DNA of 64,000 nucleotides from an uncultured Candidatus Binatia bacterium (GCA_965204505.1 CBDBFB010000003.1:911705-975704), one strand, 5' to 3'; numbered from the stretch's first letter, positions 52,993-63,143 are shown. Made by a program: numbers and translations. Notes: a model not told the origin generated them from the sequence alone.

Positions 52993-54162
52993 CTACGATC
53001 GTACAGCTCCCGCATCGCGCAATGGCCGGCGCCACAGCGCGAGGTCCCCGCCGCCGTCGTGACGGTATCGCTCGACAGCTTCCGGGTCGAGGGTAACGCC
53101 GAGTCCGGGGCCGTCGGGCGGGCGCATGAAGCCGTTCCCGGGCTCCAGGGGTTCCCGGAGAAGGCTGCTGCGGAGGGGGTTCTCGTTGTAGTCGAACTCC
53201 ATCACCGCGCTGTTCTCCAGTGCGGCGGCCAGATGCAGGCTGGCGGCCAGGGCGACGCCGTCGCCGTAGGTGTGGAGCGAAATCGGAAGACCCTGTTCGG
53301 CGGCCAGTGCGGCGATGGTGCGCACCTCGCTGATGCCGCCGGCGCGGGCGACGTCAGGTTGCAGGATGTCCACCGCGTCCCGCGCCATGAACGATTCGAA
53401 CCCGAATCGGGTATGCAGGTTCTCGCCGACGGCCACCGGGACGCCGGTACGGGCCTTGAGCTGCGCGTGGCCGGCCACGTCCTCCATGAAGAGCGGCTCC
53501 TCCAGCCAGCCGATGCCGAGCTTCTCGAATTCCGCCGCGGCGGCCACCGCCACGTCCAGGCCGTAGCCCATGTTGGCATCGGTCATGAGCGGGAAGTCGG
53601 GTCCCAGGGCGGAACGCACGGCGCCCACGATCTCGATGTCCTGGGCGAGGTCGAAACCCACCTTGATCTTGATGCCGTGAAAACCCCGTTCCGCCAGCTT
53701 CTCGGCCTTCTCCACTGCGGCTGCTGTTTCCTCGGGATACAGGGCGGTGGCGTAAACCTCCACCGGGTCCCGGCGCTTGCCGCCCAGCAGCTCGTACACC
53801 GGTACGCCCTTCACCTTGCCGGCGATGTCCCACAGGGCGATGTCCACGCCGCTGAGGGCCACCACTCCGACGCCCCTGGAGCCGAAGGCGCGGACCCCGG
53901 CGCGGAAATAGGCCGTGTCCCAGACCTCCTCGATGGCCAGGGGGTCCATGCCCACGAGCAGCGGCTTGAGCACGTGGGTGACGATGGCCTCGATCACGAG
54001 TCCGTTGCCGGAGCACGAGCCTACACCGGTGATTCCCTCATCGGTGTGGATCTCCACCAGGAGCCCGTAACGATGGGTGCGCACACCCGTACGGCTTTCC
54101 ACTTGGCCTTCAACGTCGAGCGGTGCACGCAGGCGCAACGTCTTGATGTCGGTGATCTTCAT
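52993..54162 (-). CDS. Mandelate racemase/muconate lactonizing enzyme family protein
   Basis: SGVDIALWDIAGK, KIKVG, TDAN, WLEEP, GEN, QPD, His base in SLHTY. Confidence 0.9.
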   Translation of the reverse strand: MKITDIKTLRLRAPLDVEGQVESRTGVRTHRYGLLVEIHTDEGITGVGSCSGNGLVIEAIVTHVLKPLLVGMDPLAIEEVWDTAYFRAGVRAFGSRGVGVVALSGVDIALWDIAGKVKGVPVYELLGGKRRDPVEVYATALYPEETAAAVEKAEKLAERGFHGIKIKVGFDLAQDIEIVGAVRSALGPDFPLMTDANMGYGLDVAVAAAAEFEKLGIGWLEEPLFMEDVAGHAQLKARTGVPVAVGENLHTRFGFESFMARDAVDILQPDVARAGGISEVRTIAALAAEQGLPISLHTYGDGVALAASLHLAAALENSAVMEFDYNENPLRSSLLREPLEPGNGFMRPPDGPGLGVTLDPEAVERYRHDGGGDLALWRRPLRDAGAVRS

Positions 54163-54184
54163 TCGAATCCCAAGCCCTTCACGA

Positions 54185-54301
54185 TGGCGCCCTTCGACTT
54201 CGCTTCGCTCAGGGCGAACGGCATGTTGCATCGGGGGCCATGAACCCAAAGTTTCAGAGTTCAACCGTTCGCCCTGAGCGAAGCGAAGTCGAAGGGCGCC
54301 A
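54185..54301. repeat. 37-bp perfect inverted repeat with 43-nt spacer (MITE-like)
   Basis: TGGCGCCCTTCGACTTCGCTTCGCTCAGGGCGAACGG (54185-54221) and reverse complement (54265-54301). Confidence 0.9.
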
Positions 54302-54410
54302 ACCAGCTTGACACCCCGGTGCAGGGTCTCATAAACGTACTGCAGAGACATCACACGAGGTCCGGTTGATGCAACCCATCCGTCCGGACCTCCTCCTCGA
54401 AGGAGCCTAC

Positions 54411-55499
54411 TTGAGCAGACCCACCGTAATCGACGCCGACGGGCACGTGCAAGAGAAGTATATTCGCTGGGAGGACTACCTGGAAGAGCCCTACCGCTCC
54501 CAGGCGCCGCGGGTGGTGAAGGACAACCGGGGAGTAGACTTCCTGATGGTAGAGGGGAAGCTCTGGCCCAAACCGTCCGGGCCCGGCGTGGGCAACGTGG
54601 GGGCGGGCTACAGCCGCCGCCCCCAGCCCACCACCGGCATGGAAGACCCGGTGCAACGGCTCAAGGACATGGACCTGGAGGGCATCGACACGGCAGTGCT
54701 GTTCGGCACCAACGTGTTCCTGAGCCTCGCCTACTACGAGGACGCCGACAACGCCTGCGCCCTGGCCCGGGCCTACAACAACTGGCTCGCGGAATATTGC
54801 AGCGAAGACCGGGACCGCCTCAAGGGGGTGGCGCTGGTGCCGATCCAGGAGCCGCAGGAGGCGGTCAAGGAGCTCACGCGGTGCGTCAACGAGCTCGGCT
54901 TCGTGGCCGCGGGCACGCCGGCGCACTCCACCGCGGGCGGGAACCTGGACAATCCCGAGTTGCGGCCGTTCTTCGCCGCCGCCCAGGAGTTGGACGTGCC
55001 GGTATGCATCCACGTGGGCGCGGGGCGGCCGGCGGCGGGTACCGAACGCTCCACCAACGCGTTCTTCAACCACGTCATGACTCACCCCTTCGAGCAGATG
55101 ATCGGCTGCCTGTGCATCGTCGCCGGAGGCATCCTGGAGGAATATCCGAGGCTCCGGGTGGCTTTCCTGGAGGCCGGCGCAGGCTGGGTACCCTACTGGA
55201 TCGAGCGCATGGACGAGCACTACGAGTACATGCAGCCGGCGGTGCCGTGGCTCAGGAAGACGCCCGGCGAACACATGCGCGGCGAGCAGGTGTACTATTC
55301 GTTCGAGCCGGACGAGCGGACGCTGCCGTTCGTGCTCGACTTCGTGGGGCACGACCGGCTGGTGTTCGCGTCCGACTACAACCACGGCGACTGCAAGTTT
55401 CCGCACACGGTGAGCTCCATGCTGGAGCGCCAGGACCTCCCGGAGGGCGCCTTGAGCCGGATCATGTGCGAGAACGCGCGGCGCCTCTATCGCCTGTAG
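54411..55499 (+). CDS. Amidohydrolase_2 family protein
   Basis: VIDADGHV, RAYNNWL, CIHVG, FLEAGAGW, FASDYNH, ENARRLY; TTG start after AAGGAG. Confidence 0.88.
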   Translation: MSRPTVIDADGHVQEKYIRWEDYLEEPYRSQAPRVVKDNRGVDFLMVEGKLWPKPSGPGVGNVGAGYSRRPQPTTGMEDPVQRLKDMDLEGIDTAVLFGTNVFLSLAYYEDADNACALARAYNNWLAEYCSEDRDRLKGVALVPIQEPQEAVKELTRCVNELGFVAAGTPAHSTAGGNLDNPELRPFFAAAQELDVPVCIHVGAGRPAAGTERSTNAFFNHVMTHPFEQMIGCLCIVAGGILEEYPRLRVAFLEAGAGWVPYWIERMDEHYEYMQPAVPWLRKTPGEHMRGEQVYYSFEPDERTLPFVLDFVGHDRLVFASDYNHGDCKFPHTVSSMLERQDLPEGALSRIMCENARRLYRL

Positions 55500-55584
55500 C
55501 CGGGTGGCCAAGCGAAACGGGAACGCACCCGTAGGCTCGTTCGAAAAGGGCAACCGGCACGACACCCAGGAATTCGGAGAAACC

Positions 55585-56610
55585 ATGCGAGGCAACAAGG
55601 TCTGTATCCCGGCGCCGCACAAGCTCTCGGTGGGGCGGGACGTGCTGGAGGAGGCGGGCTGCGAGCTGGTGCTGGGGAAGGACCAGGACGAACACCCCAA
55701 GCACCGCTACACCGAAGACGAGCTGGTGCAGTTGATCGGCGACAGCGACGCCGTCTGGGCGGCGCAGCGGGACTTCATCAGCGGCGCGGTGCTGGCCCGG
55801 TGCCCGAAGCTGCGGGGGGTCATCAAGGCCGCCATCGGCTACGAGACCATCGACGTGGAGGCGGCCACCGAACTGGGCATCCTGGTGTGCAACAGCCCGG
55901 CGCGGGAGAACTTCACCGGGGTGGCCGAGGCCACCGTCGGGCTCATGTCCATGCTGTTCAAGCGGCTGGTGCACAACCAGCAGCTCCTGCGCGAGGGCGG
56001 CTGGAAGCGCAACGAGCACCGCGGCAACCTGATGGTGGGCCGCACCATCGGCATCGTCGGCGTCGGACGGGTGGGCAAGGAGGTGGCCAAGCGCCTGGGC
56101 CCCTGGGAGATGCGGCTCATCGGCTGCGATCCCTACATCACCCAGGAGTCGGTGCAGCACCTGGAGGTGGAGTTGGTGTCGCTGGACACGGTGCTCCGGG
56201 AATCAGACCTCGTGACCCTGCACACGCCCCTTACCGCGGAGACGCGCGGGCTCGTCACCCTGACCGAGCTGAAAAAGATGAAGCCAACCGCCTACCTGGT
56301 GAACACGTGCCGCGGCGGCGTGGTCAAGCAGGAGGACCTGGTGCAGGCGTTGAACGAGGGCGTCATCGCCGGCGCGGCCGTGGACGTGTTCGAGGAAGAG
56401 CCATTGCCCATGTCGGACCCGATCCGGCAGGTGGACCCCGAGCGGCTGATCATGACGCCGCACATCATCGGCACCAACCCGCAGTCGCAGGTCTCCGGAG
56501 AGCGCATGGCAGCGCAGAGCATTCTCACGGTGCTGGCGGGCGAGGCGCCGGAGACCGTGGTGAACCCCGAGTGCGTAGACGCCTGGCGCGAACGGTTCGG
56601 CGCCCGTTAA
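55585..56610 (+). CDS. D-2-hydroxyacid (phosphoglycerate dehydrogenase-like) dehydrogenase
   Basis: GIVGVGRVG, LHTPLT, NTCRGG, DVFEEEP, TPHI. Confidence 0.9.
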   Translation: MRGNKVCIPAPHKLSVGRDVLEEAGCELVLGKDQDEHPKHRYTEDELVQLIGDSDAVWAAQRDFISGAVLARCPKLRGVIKAAIGYETIDVEAATELGILVCNSPARENFTGVAEATVGLMSMLFKRLVHNQQLLREGGWKRNEHRGNLMVGRTIGIVGVGRVGKEVAKRLGPWEMRLIGCDPYITQESVQHLEVELVSLDTVLRESDLVTLHTPLTAETRGLVTLTELKKMKPTAYLVNTCRGGVVKQEDLVQALNEGVIAGAAVDVFEEEPLPMSDPIRQVDPERLIMTPHIIGTNPQSQVSGERMAAQSILTVLAGEAPETVVNPECVDAWRERFGAR

Positions 56611-56674
56611 CGGCCAACCGGAACCTTGGGCGCGTCGCTCCGGAGGGCAACCGTCGCTCCGGGGGGAACTAACG

Positions 56675-56699
56675 GTAGGGACGACCGGCGGTCGCCCCT
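56675..56699. repeat. GTAG-type REP palindrome
   Basis: GTAGGGACGACCGGCGGTCGCCCCT. Confidence 0.82.
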
Positions 56700-56719
56700 G
56701 AACGGATTGGAGGAAACCC

Positions 56720-57538
56720 GTGTCCGACAGGGAAACCATCATCGAGGAGATAGACGAGGAAACAGGCGTCGCCTGGATCACCCTCAACCGGCCGGAGCGG
56801 AAGAACGCGCTGAGCCGCAAGCTGCTGGCGGAGCTGGCGGACAGCCTCAAGACCCTGTCGGTGAACGACAACATCCGCTGCATCGTCACCACCGGGTCGG
56901 GCAACGCCTACAGCTCGGGGCTGGACCTGTACGACCTGCGGGCGTCATGGCAGGGGAAGCGGCGGCTCTACGAGGGCGGCTCGGCACGGGAGATCGTGAC
57001 GCTGCTGCGCCAGGCCCCGCAGGTCACCGTGGCCGCGGTCAACGGCTGGGCCCTGGGCGGCGGGCTGGTGCTGGTGAACGGCCATGACCTGGCCATCGCC
57101 GCGGACACCGCGCAGTTCGGCATGCCCGAGATCATCCGCGGGAGCTACGGCGCCACCGCCACGCCCACCCTCTTCCGCAGCGGCATCCCCTTCAAAAAGG
57201 CCTTCTACATCCAGCTCACCGGGGAAAACCTGGACGGGGCCGAGGCCGAGCGCCTGGGGCTGGTATCCAAGACCGTGCCCGAGGAGGAGCTGATCCCGTT
57301 CGTGCGAGAGTTCGCCGCCACCATCGCCACCCGTCACCCGTCGACCCTGGAGCACGCCAAGATCGCCGCCTACACCGCCATGGACCTGGACAACAGCCGC
57401 GGGCTACTGGTGGACGAGATCATCTCCCACCGCATGCGCGTGTACACGAACCCGCTGAACGACGTCGAGGGTTACCTCCAGTCGCAGAAGGGCGGCGGCA
57501 ACGTGGGCTACGAAAAGCCCGACGCGAAGAAATCGTAG
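56720..57538 (+). CDS. Enoyl-CoA hydratase/isomerase (crotonase) family protein
   Basis: ITLNRPERKNAL, SSGLDL, VNGWALGGG, FGMPE; GGAGG RBS. Confidence 0.9.
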   Translation: MSDRETIIEEIDEETGVAWITLNRPERKNALSRKLLAELADSLKTLSVNDNIRCIVTTGSGNAYSSGLDLYDLRASWQGKRRLYEGGSAREIVTLLRQAPQVTVAAVNGWALGGGLVLVNGHDLAIAADTAQFGMPEIIRGSYGATATPTLFRSGIPFKKAFYIQLTGENLDGAEAERLGLVSKTVPEEELIPFVREFAATIATRHPSTLEHAKIAAYTAMDLDNSRGLLVDEIISHRMRVYTNPLNDVEGYLQSQKGGGNVGYEKPDAKKS

Positions 57539-57560
57539 GGGCGGGGTTCAAACCCGCCCG
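57535..57560. repeat. Second-family REP whose GTAG tag overlaps the crotonase stop codon
   Basis: GTAGGGGCGGGGTTCAAACCCGCCCG; TAG 57536-57538 is the stop. Confidence 0.7.
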
Positions 57561-57608
57561 CGTCCGCCTCGCGCCGTGGCCGAGCAGGCCACCGGCGCAG
57601 GAGTCTGC

Positions 57609-60050
57609 ATGTCGAACAACGAGCCCGACAAACCCGGCAGCGCCCCCCGGCTTCTGGAGGGCTATCGCGCCCTGGACCTCACCGACCGCAAGGGCCAGAT
57701 CTGCGGCCGCTTCCTGGCCGACCTGGGAGTGGATGTCGTCAAGATCGAGCCGCCCGGCGGCGATCCGCTGAGGCGCCAGCCTCCTTTTGCCGGCGAGACC
57801 AGCCTGCCGTTCGCCCATCTCAACGCCAACAAGCGCACGCTGGAGCTCGACCTCCAGTCGCCGGAAGGCCGGGACCGGCTGCGGGCGTTGGCGGCCGAGA
57901 CCGACATCCTCATTGAGAGCGGCGCGCCCGGAGAGCTGGCCGCCCTGGAGCTGGACTACGACCGCCTGAGTGAAATCAACCCTCGCCTGATCATGGCCTC
58001 CATCACCGGCTTCGGCCAGTGGGGCCCCCACAGCGGCTTCGCCTACAACGACCTGGTGGTGTTCGCCATGTGCGGCCTGATGTCCATCTCCGGCGATCCG
58101 GACAGGCCTCCGTGCGCGCCGCCCGAAACCCAGGCCTACTACTTCGGCAGCCTGGTGGCCGCCCTCGGCATCGTCGCCGCGCTCCACCGCCGCGAGCGCA
58201 CCGGAGCCGGCGACTGGATCGACGTATCCATGCAGGAGGCCCTGGCCACCCAGGAGCACATGGTCCGGCTCTACGCCAACGAGCAGGAGATCCACCACCG
58301 CGCCGGCAGCCAGCACCAGCACGTGGCGCCGGCCAGGATCTTTCCCTGCCGGGACGGCTACGTGTACATGTATGTCAGCCGGCAGCACTGGAAGAAGTTC
58401 CTGGAGATCTGGCCCGACCATCCGAAGGAATTCGAGGCGCCGGAGTACATGAACAACCTCTTCCGGCGCTCCCACGCCGACGTCATCAACCCCGCGGTGA
58501 CCGAGTTCACGCGGCGCTACACGTCGGAGGAGCTGACCCGCCACCTGCAATCCAACCACATCCCGTGCCTGCCGGTGAACCGGCCGCTGGGCTATCTGCG
58601 GGACCCGCACGTCGAAGGCCGCCACTTCGTCCAGGAGGTGGCCTATGGAGACGGGTCATCGCTGGTCCAGCCGGGCCTTCCCTGCCTGCTCAGCGGATCG
58701 CGCCCTCGGGTCACGTCCCCGCGACCCGTTGCCGGCGATGGGCAGGATGCCTGGTCGGAGCCGAGGAGGGCCGGCGCGGCCGGCGCCAATGGAGCCCCGC
58801 CGGCGGCGGCCGCTCCCGGGGATTCGGATGCCGGCGGCCAGGGCCTTCCGCTTGAGGGCATGCGCGTGCTGAGCTTCGACCACGTGCTCGCGGGCCCCTT
58901 CGGCATGATGATGCTGGCGGACCTGGGGGCCGAGGTCCTCAAGGTGGAATCCAGCAAGGGCGGCCTCGACCCCTTCCGCTTCTTCGGCACCGGGGACGAT
59001 CCCAACGCGTCGCCCCGGTTCCTGGAGTTCAACCGCAACAAGCGCTCCATCGCGGTGAACCTCAAGCACCCCGAGGGTCCGGGCCTGATCCGCGAACTGG
59101 CGCAGCACTGCGATCTCGTGCTCGACAATTTCGCGGTGCGGGTGATGCCCGGCCTGGGACTCGATTACGACCACCTGGTGGAGCACAAGCCGGATGTCGT
59201 CACCATCCGCATGCCCGGGCTCGGCACCACCGGCCCCAGAAAGGACTCCCTTACCCTGGGCACCATCATCACCGCCTTCACCGGCTTCACCTCCCTGTGG
59301 AACGAGTCGGCTGAGGTGGACCCGCCGGTAGGGTCCGGGACGGTGCTGCCGGACTACGTGTCCGGGGTCATGGCGGCGATCCTGTCGGTGTCGGCAACCC
59401 TCTACCGCCGGCGCACCGGGCGCGGTTTCGCCATGGACCTGGCCCAGGCGGAAGCGGCCGCGTTCCTCATCGGCGCCGGCATGATGCAGGCGGCCAACAC
59501 CGACACCGAGCCGGTTCCCGTGGGCAACCGTTCTCCCTACCACGCGCCCTACGGGATCTACGCCTGCAAGGGCGACGACCGCTGGTGCGTCATTGCCGCC
59601 GAGGACGACGCGCAGTGGCGCAGCCTCGCCGCGGCCATCGGGCGGCCGGAGCTGGTCAACGACATGCGCTTCACGACCACGGCGGACCGCCTCCGGAACC
59701 GGGATGCGCTGGACGCCATCATCGAGGAATGGACGCGGACGCGCGACCCCCACCAAGTCATGAACCGATTACAGACGGACGGGATTCCCTGCGGCGCGGT
59801 TCAGAACGGCGCCGACCTCGTGACCAACGATCCGCACCTCCAGGCTCGCGGCTTCCTCGGCACTCACGACAACCCGCGCTTCGGGCGCCTCACCCTACCC
59901 TGCCTCCCGATCCGCTTCGCCCGCACCCCCGTGGAACAGGATTGGGTGTTCCCCGAGCTGGGCCGGGATACCGACCGGACCCTGCGTGACGTGCTCGGCT
60001 ACGACGAAGAACGCATCCGGCGGCTGCGTGACGACGGGGCGCTGGAGTGA
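57609..60050 (+). CDS. Family III (CaiB/BaiF) CoA-transferase with two tandem domains
   Basis: Two repeats of LADLG.DV.K.E...N.NKR separated by an Ala/Pro/Gly linker. Confidence 0.9.
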   Translation: MSNNEPDKPGSAPRLLEGYRALDLTDRKGQICGRFLADLGVDVVKIEPPGGDPLRRQPPFAGETSLPFAHLNANKRTLELDLQSPEGRDRLRALAAETDILIESGAPGELAALELDYDRLSEINPRLIMASITGFGQWGPHSGFAYNDLVVFAMCGLMSISGDPDRPPCAPPETQAYYFGSLVAALGIVAALHRRERTGAGDWIDVSMQEALATQEHMVRLYANEQEIHHRAGSQHQHVAPARIFPCRDGYVYMYVSRQHWKKFLEIWPDHPKEFEAPEYMNNLFRRSHADVINPAVTEFTRRYTSEELTRHLQSNHIPCLPVNRPLGYLRDPHVEGRHFVQEVAYGDGSSLVQPGLPCLLSGSRPRVTSPRPVAGDGQDAWSEPRRAGAAGANGAPPAAAAPGDSDAGGQGLPLEGMRVLSFDHVLAGPFGMMMLADLGAEVLKVESSKGGLDPFRFFGTGDDPNASPRFLEFNRNKRSIAVNLKHPEGPGLIRELAQHCDLVLDNFAVRVMPGLGLDYDHLVEHKPDVVTIRMPGLGTTGPRKDSLTLGTIITAFTGFTSLWNESAEVDPPVGSGTVLPDYVSGVMAAILSVSATLYRRRTGRGFAMDLAQAEAAAFLIGAGMMQAANTDTEPVPVGNRSPYHAPYGIYACKGDDRWCVIAAEDDAQWRSLAAAIGRPELVNDMRFTTTADRLRNRDALDAIIEEWTRTRDPHQVMNRLQTDGIPCGAVQNGADLVTNDPHLQARGFLGTHDNPRFGRLTLPCLPIRFARTPVEQDWVFPELGRDTDRTLRDVLGYDEERIRRLRDDGALE

Positions 60051-60072
60051 CGTAACCGGCGCCACTTGGGAA

Positions 60073-60176
60073 CCGTCATTCCGGCGGAAGCCGGAATCCA
60101 GGGGGGCGGGGTCGGGGCAGCACTGCGGACCCCTCGCCCCTCCACCTCTGGATTCCGGCTTCCGCCGGAATGACGG
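60073..60176. repeat. CGTC-tagged palindromic repeat dimer between convergent genes
   Basis: CCGTCATTCCGGCGGAAGCCGGAATCCAG (60073-60101) and reverse complement (60148-60176). Confidence 0.92.
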
Positions 60177-60202
60177 GGGGGCGGGGCGCCGGCGTGGCGC
60201 TC

Positions 60203-61924
60203 TTACACCTGCAGGCTGTAGCGCCTGGTGAGGCGGTGGAACAGCACGGCCAGGACCACGGTGCCAGCGGTGACGCCGAGGCTGAAGGCGGCCAGGGTGC
60301 TGACGTTGCCGTTCTCCCACAGTTCCCAGATGATCACGGCGATGACCTGCGAGCCCGGGCTGTAGAGCAGCAAGGCCACGGACAGCTCCCGGATGGTGAT
60401 GAGGAAGATGTAGATCCAGCCGGCGAAGAGCGCGGGCAGCATCAGCGGCACGACGATCTTCCAGGCCACCTGGCCCCAGGTGGCGCCGCTAGTGGTGGCG
60501 CTCTCCTCCAGTTCCCGGTGGATACCCAGGAGACCCGCGTGGCTGAAGCGGATGGCGTAGGGAAGGTACCGCGGCACGAACGCCAGCACCATGATCCAGA
60601 TGGTGCCGTACACCGGCAGCGGCACGGTCAGGTACATCTTGAGGATCGCCACGCCCATGACGATGCCGGGAAACACCAGCGGCAGCATGGCGAGCTGATC
60701 CAGCCCCCAGCGCAAGCGGATGTTGGTGCGTGCCACCAGCCATACGGTCACGAAGGCCAGGAAGATGGACCCGGTGGCCGAGGTGAGGCTGATGGTGAGG
60801 CTGTTGATCACCGACCGCAGGATGGTGTCGTTGCTGAAGGCGGTGACGTAGTTCTCCAGGGTCAGGTTCCCCAAGGCCTCGATGGAGGGCGCCTGGAGAT
60901 AGGGCACCAGGGACGACCACGCCATGGCGACGATGGGCAGCAACTGGAGGCACGGCAGTACGAGCAGCACCGCTCCGCCCGCCCAGCGCCACCGGCCCAA
61001 ATCCTTGCGCCGCGGGTTGAAGCCCTTGCCGGTGACCGTGGTGAAACGGTGGGCGTGTTGCGTGACCCGGTAGTAGGGCACCATGGCCAGCGCCACCAAC
61101 GCGATGAGCAGCACGGAGTAGGCGCTGGCGTTGCCGTACTCCGGCAGGTAGCCGTCGGTGAGCTGCAGGTAGATCTCGGTGGTGAACACCTCGACGCCGG
61201 CAGGGATGCCGATGAGGGCGGGGATCTCGAAGGCCTCCAGGGTGCGGATGAAGGTGAGGATCAACACCGACAGCACGCTGGGCGTGGCCATGGGCAGGGT
61301 CACCCGCTTGAACACCTGCCAGTCGGTACTCCCGGCCACTACCGCGGCCTCCTCCAGCGCCGGATCCATGGAGCGGAACGGCGTGGCCATGAGCAGGAAG
61401 ACGATGGGCAGCCAGAGGAAGCCCTCGGTGAGGATCATCCCCTCCATGGAGAAGACATCGAAGAAGGGGCCCATGCCGGTCACGGAGCTGACCCCGACGT
61501 TGAGGAACCCCGCCTTGGGTCCCAGCAGCAGGATCCAGCCGATGACCTTGACGATGCCCGGTATCGCGAACGACATGAACGCCGACACGTAGGCCACCGC
61601 GCGGAAAGGAGCGTTGGTGCGCTCCGCCAGCCACGCCATCAGCGTGCCCAGGAGCAGCGACCACAGTGCACTGCCGGACGAGAAGACGAAGGAGTTCCAG
61701 GAGAGGAGGGCGAAGTCCGAGAAGGACTCGAAGATCTCGAGGAAGTGAACGACGGTGAACGCGCCGACGTCGGCGCCGCGTTCCACCGTCAGGCTGAAGT
61801 AGCCGATGAAGAACAGCGGCGGCACCACCAGGTAGAGCAGCACCGCCGCCAGCGGCACGAACAGCCACAGCGGATATCCCCGGCTCCGGTTCCTCAGGCC
61901 CGTAAGGATGGCTATGAGTTGCAA
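60203..61924 (-). CDS. FbpB-type (iron/thiamine class) ABC permease with duplicated membrane domains
   Basis: Two EAA loops (LEEAAVVAGS, LEESATTSGA); start uncertain (TTG 61924). Confidence 0.88.
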   Translation of the reverse strand: MQLIAILTGLRNRSRGYPLWLFVPLAAVLLYLVVPPLFFIGYFSLTVERGADVGAFTVVHFLEIFESFSDFALLSWNSFVFSSGSALWSLLLGTLMAWLAERTNAPFRAVAYVSAFMSFAIPGIVKVIGWILLLGPKAGFLNVGVSSVTGMGPFFDVFSMEGMILTEGFLWLPIVFLLMATPFRSMDPALEEAAVVAGSTDWQVFKRVTLPMATPSVLSVLILTFIRTLEAFEIPALIGIPAGVEVFTTEIYLQLTDGYLPEYGNASAYSVLLIALVALAMVPYYRVTQHAHRFTTVTGKGFNPRRKDLGRWRWAGGAVLLVLPCLQLLPIVAMAWSSLVPYLQAPSIEALGNLTLENYVTAFSNDTILRSVINSLTISLTSATGSIFLAFVTVWLVARTNIRLRWGLDQLAMLPLVFPGIVMGVAILKMYLTVPLPVYGTIWIMVLAFVPRYLPYAIRFSHAGLLGIHRELEESATTSGATWGQVAWKIVVPLMLPALFAGWIYIFLITIRELSVALLLYSPGSQVIAVIIWELWENGNVSTLAAFSLGVTAGTVVLAVLFHRLTRRYSLQV

Positions 61925-61938
61925 GACGGCTCTCGATG

Positions 61939-61976
61939 GACGGGCCGGGAAGCGCCTCGCGCTTGCCCGGCCCGTC
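61939..61976. other. Strong intercistronic stem-loop between binding-protein and permease genes
   Basis: GACGGGCCGGG-AAGCGC-CTC-GCGCTT-G-CCCGGCCCGTC; no U-tract. Confidence 0.6.
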
Positions 61977-62047
61977 ATGCGTGAGGGGTCACGGCGCTCG
62001 GTGAGGTTCCGTGAACCCGTCAGATCAGGAGCGGTGCTCCGAGGCCG

Positions 62048-63094
62048 CTACTTCCGGCCGATGGTGGTGAGCGTCTTGTTCCACCTCTTTTCGGTCTTGA
62101 GGTACTGCTCGCGGGTCATGCCGGCTTCCGGATACCACCGCTTGAAGCCCGGGTCCTTCCAGGCGCTGCCGTTGTGGTGCTCCTGAAGGATCTTCTGTCC
62201 CTCGGGGCCCAGCACGAAGTCGGCCATCAGAAGGGCCGCGTGCGGGTGCGGCGCGTTCCTGGAGATGGCGAAACCTCCGGCATTGGCCACCACGGCTTCC
62301 AGCGGCAGCCACTCGATGGGCGCACCCTTGGCGATGGCGGTGACGGCGTGGTTCCTGAAGGTGCTGAACGAGACTCCCACCTCGCCGGACACCACCATGT
62401 CCAGCAGCGCGCGACCGGAAACCGCGTGCAGGCTGATCCCCTGGCCCTTGAGCGATTCGGCGAACTCCTTGCCCTTGATGTGGATCAGGGCGCCGATGGC
62501 CCGTTTGCCGCTGGAGGTCGTGGCCAGGCCGATCTTCCCCTTGAGGGCGGGATTCGCAAGATCGCCGAACCCCCTGGGGACGGCGTCGGCCGGAATCGCC
62601 TTCTTGTTGTAGGTTAGGGACATGTAGGATTCCCGGTCCGTGGCCCAGAAAACCAGCCCCTTGCCGGCGGAGTGCCTGGCCACGTCCGGATACGTGCTCA
62701 GCCGCGGCGAGGTGTAGGGCGCCAGCAGCTTGGCGTCGCGCACGATCATCAGGGTCGGCGGCGTGGTCTCGAGCACGTCGAAGATGTGCCGGCCCGATTC
62801 CGCCTCGCCGAAGACGCGCGGCAGCAGCCGCTTGCTGCTGCCCCGGAAGGCTTCCACCTGGATGCCGTACTTGTCACCGAAGGCCTTGGCCAGGGCCTTG
62901 TAGTTGGTACCGGCCATGGACGTGTACCACACCAGCTTGCCTTCCTTCTTGGCCTCGGCCAGGAGCTTCTGCTCGCGGTCCTTCCCCTGGTACTTGGCGG
63001 CCAGCTCCGTCACGCTGGCGGCATTGAGCGCCGGCGCCCACGCCAGCACCGCGGCGACGATCAGACCCGACAGAGCACGTAAACCGTATCTCAT
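62048..63094 (-). CDS. ABC extracellular solute-binding protein (AfuA/FbpA-like)
   Basis: Signal peptide, AKKEGKLVWYTS, APHPHAALLMADFVLGPEGQ; GAGGAGG RBS. Confidence 0.88.
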   Translation of the reverse strand: MRYGLRALSGLIVAAVLAWAPALNAASVTELAAKYQGKDREQKLLAEAKKEGKLVWYTSMAGTNYKALAKAFGDKYGIQVEAFRGSSKRLLPRVFGEAESGRHIFDVLETTPPTLMIVRDAKLLAPYTSPRLSTYPDVARHSAGKGLVFWATDRESYMSLTYNKKAIPADAVPRGFGDLANPALKGKIGLATTSSGKRAIGALIHIKGKEFAESLKGQGISLHAVSGRALLDMVVSGEVGVSFSTFRNHAVTAIAKGAPIEWLPLEAVVANAGGFAISRNAPHPHAALLMADFVLGPEGQKILQEHHNGSAWKDPGFKRWYPEAGMTREQYLKTEKRWNKTLTTIGRK

Positions 63095-63143
63095 GGTATT
63101 CCCTCCTCTTGAAGACGAGCTCCGATCACAGTGTGGCGAGCGG

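Noticed and set aside
52911-53015. Repeat-derived peptide (VIPAKAGIQ) apparently inserted in the cupin protein, as with Rickettsia palindromic elements
   Set aside because: A GTG start with RBS at 52910 lies downstream of the repeat, so the repeat is intergenic; the same applies to the extensions at 1252, 54354 and 63262
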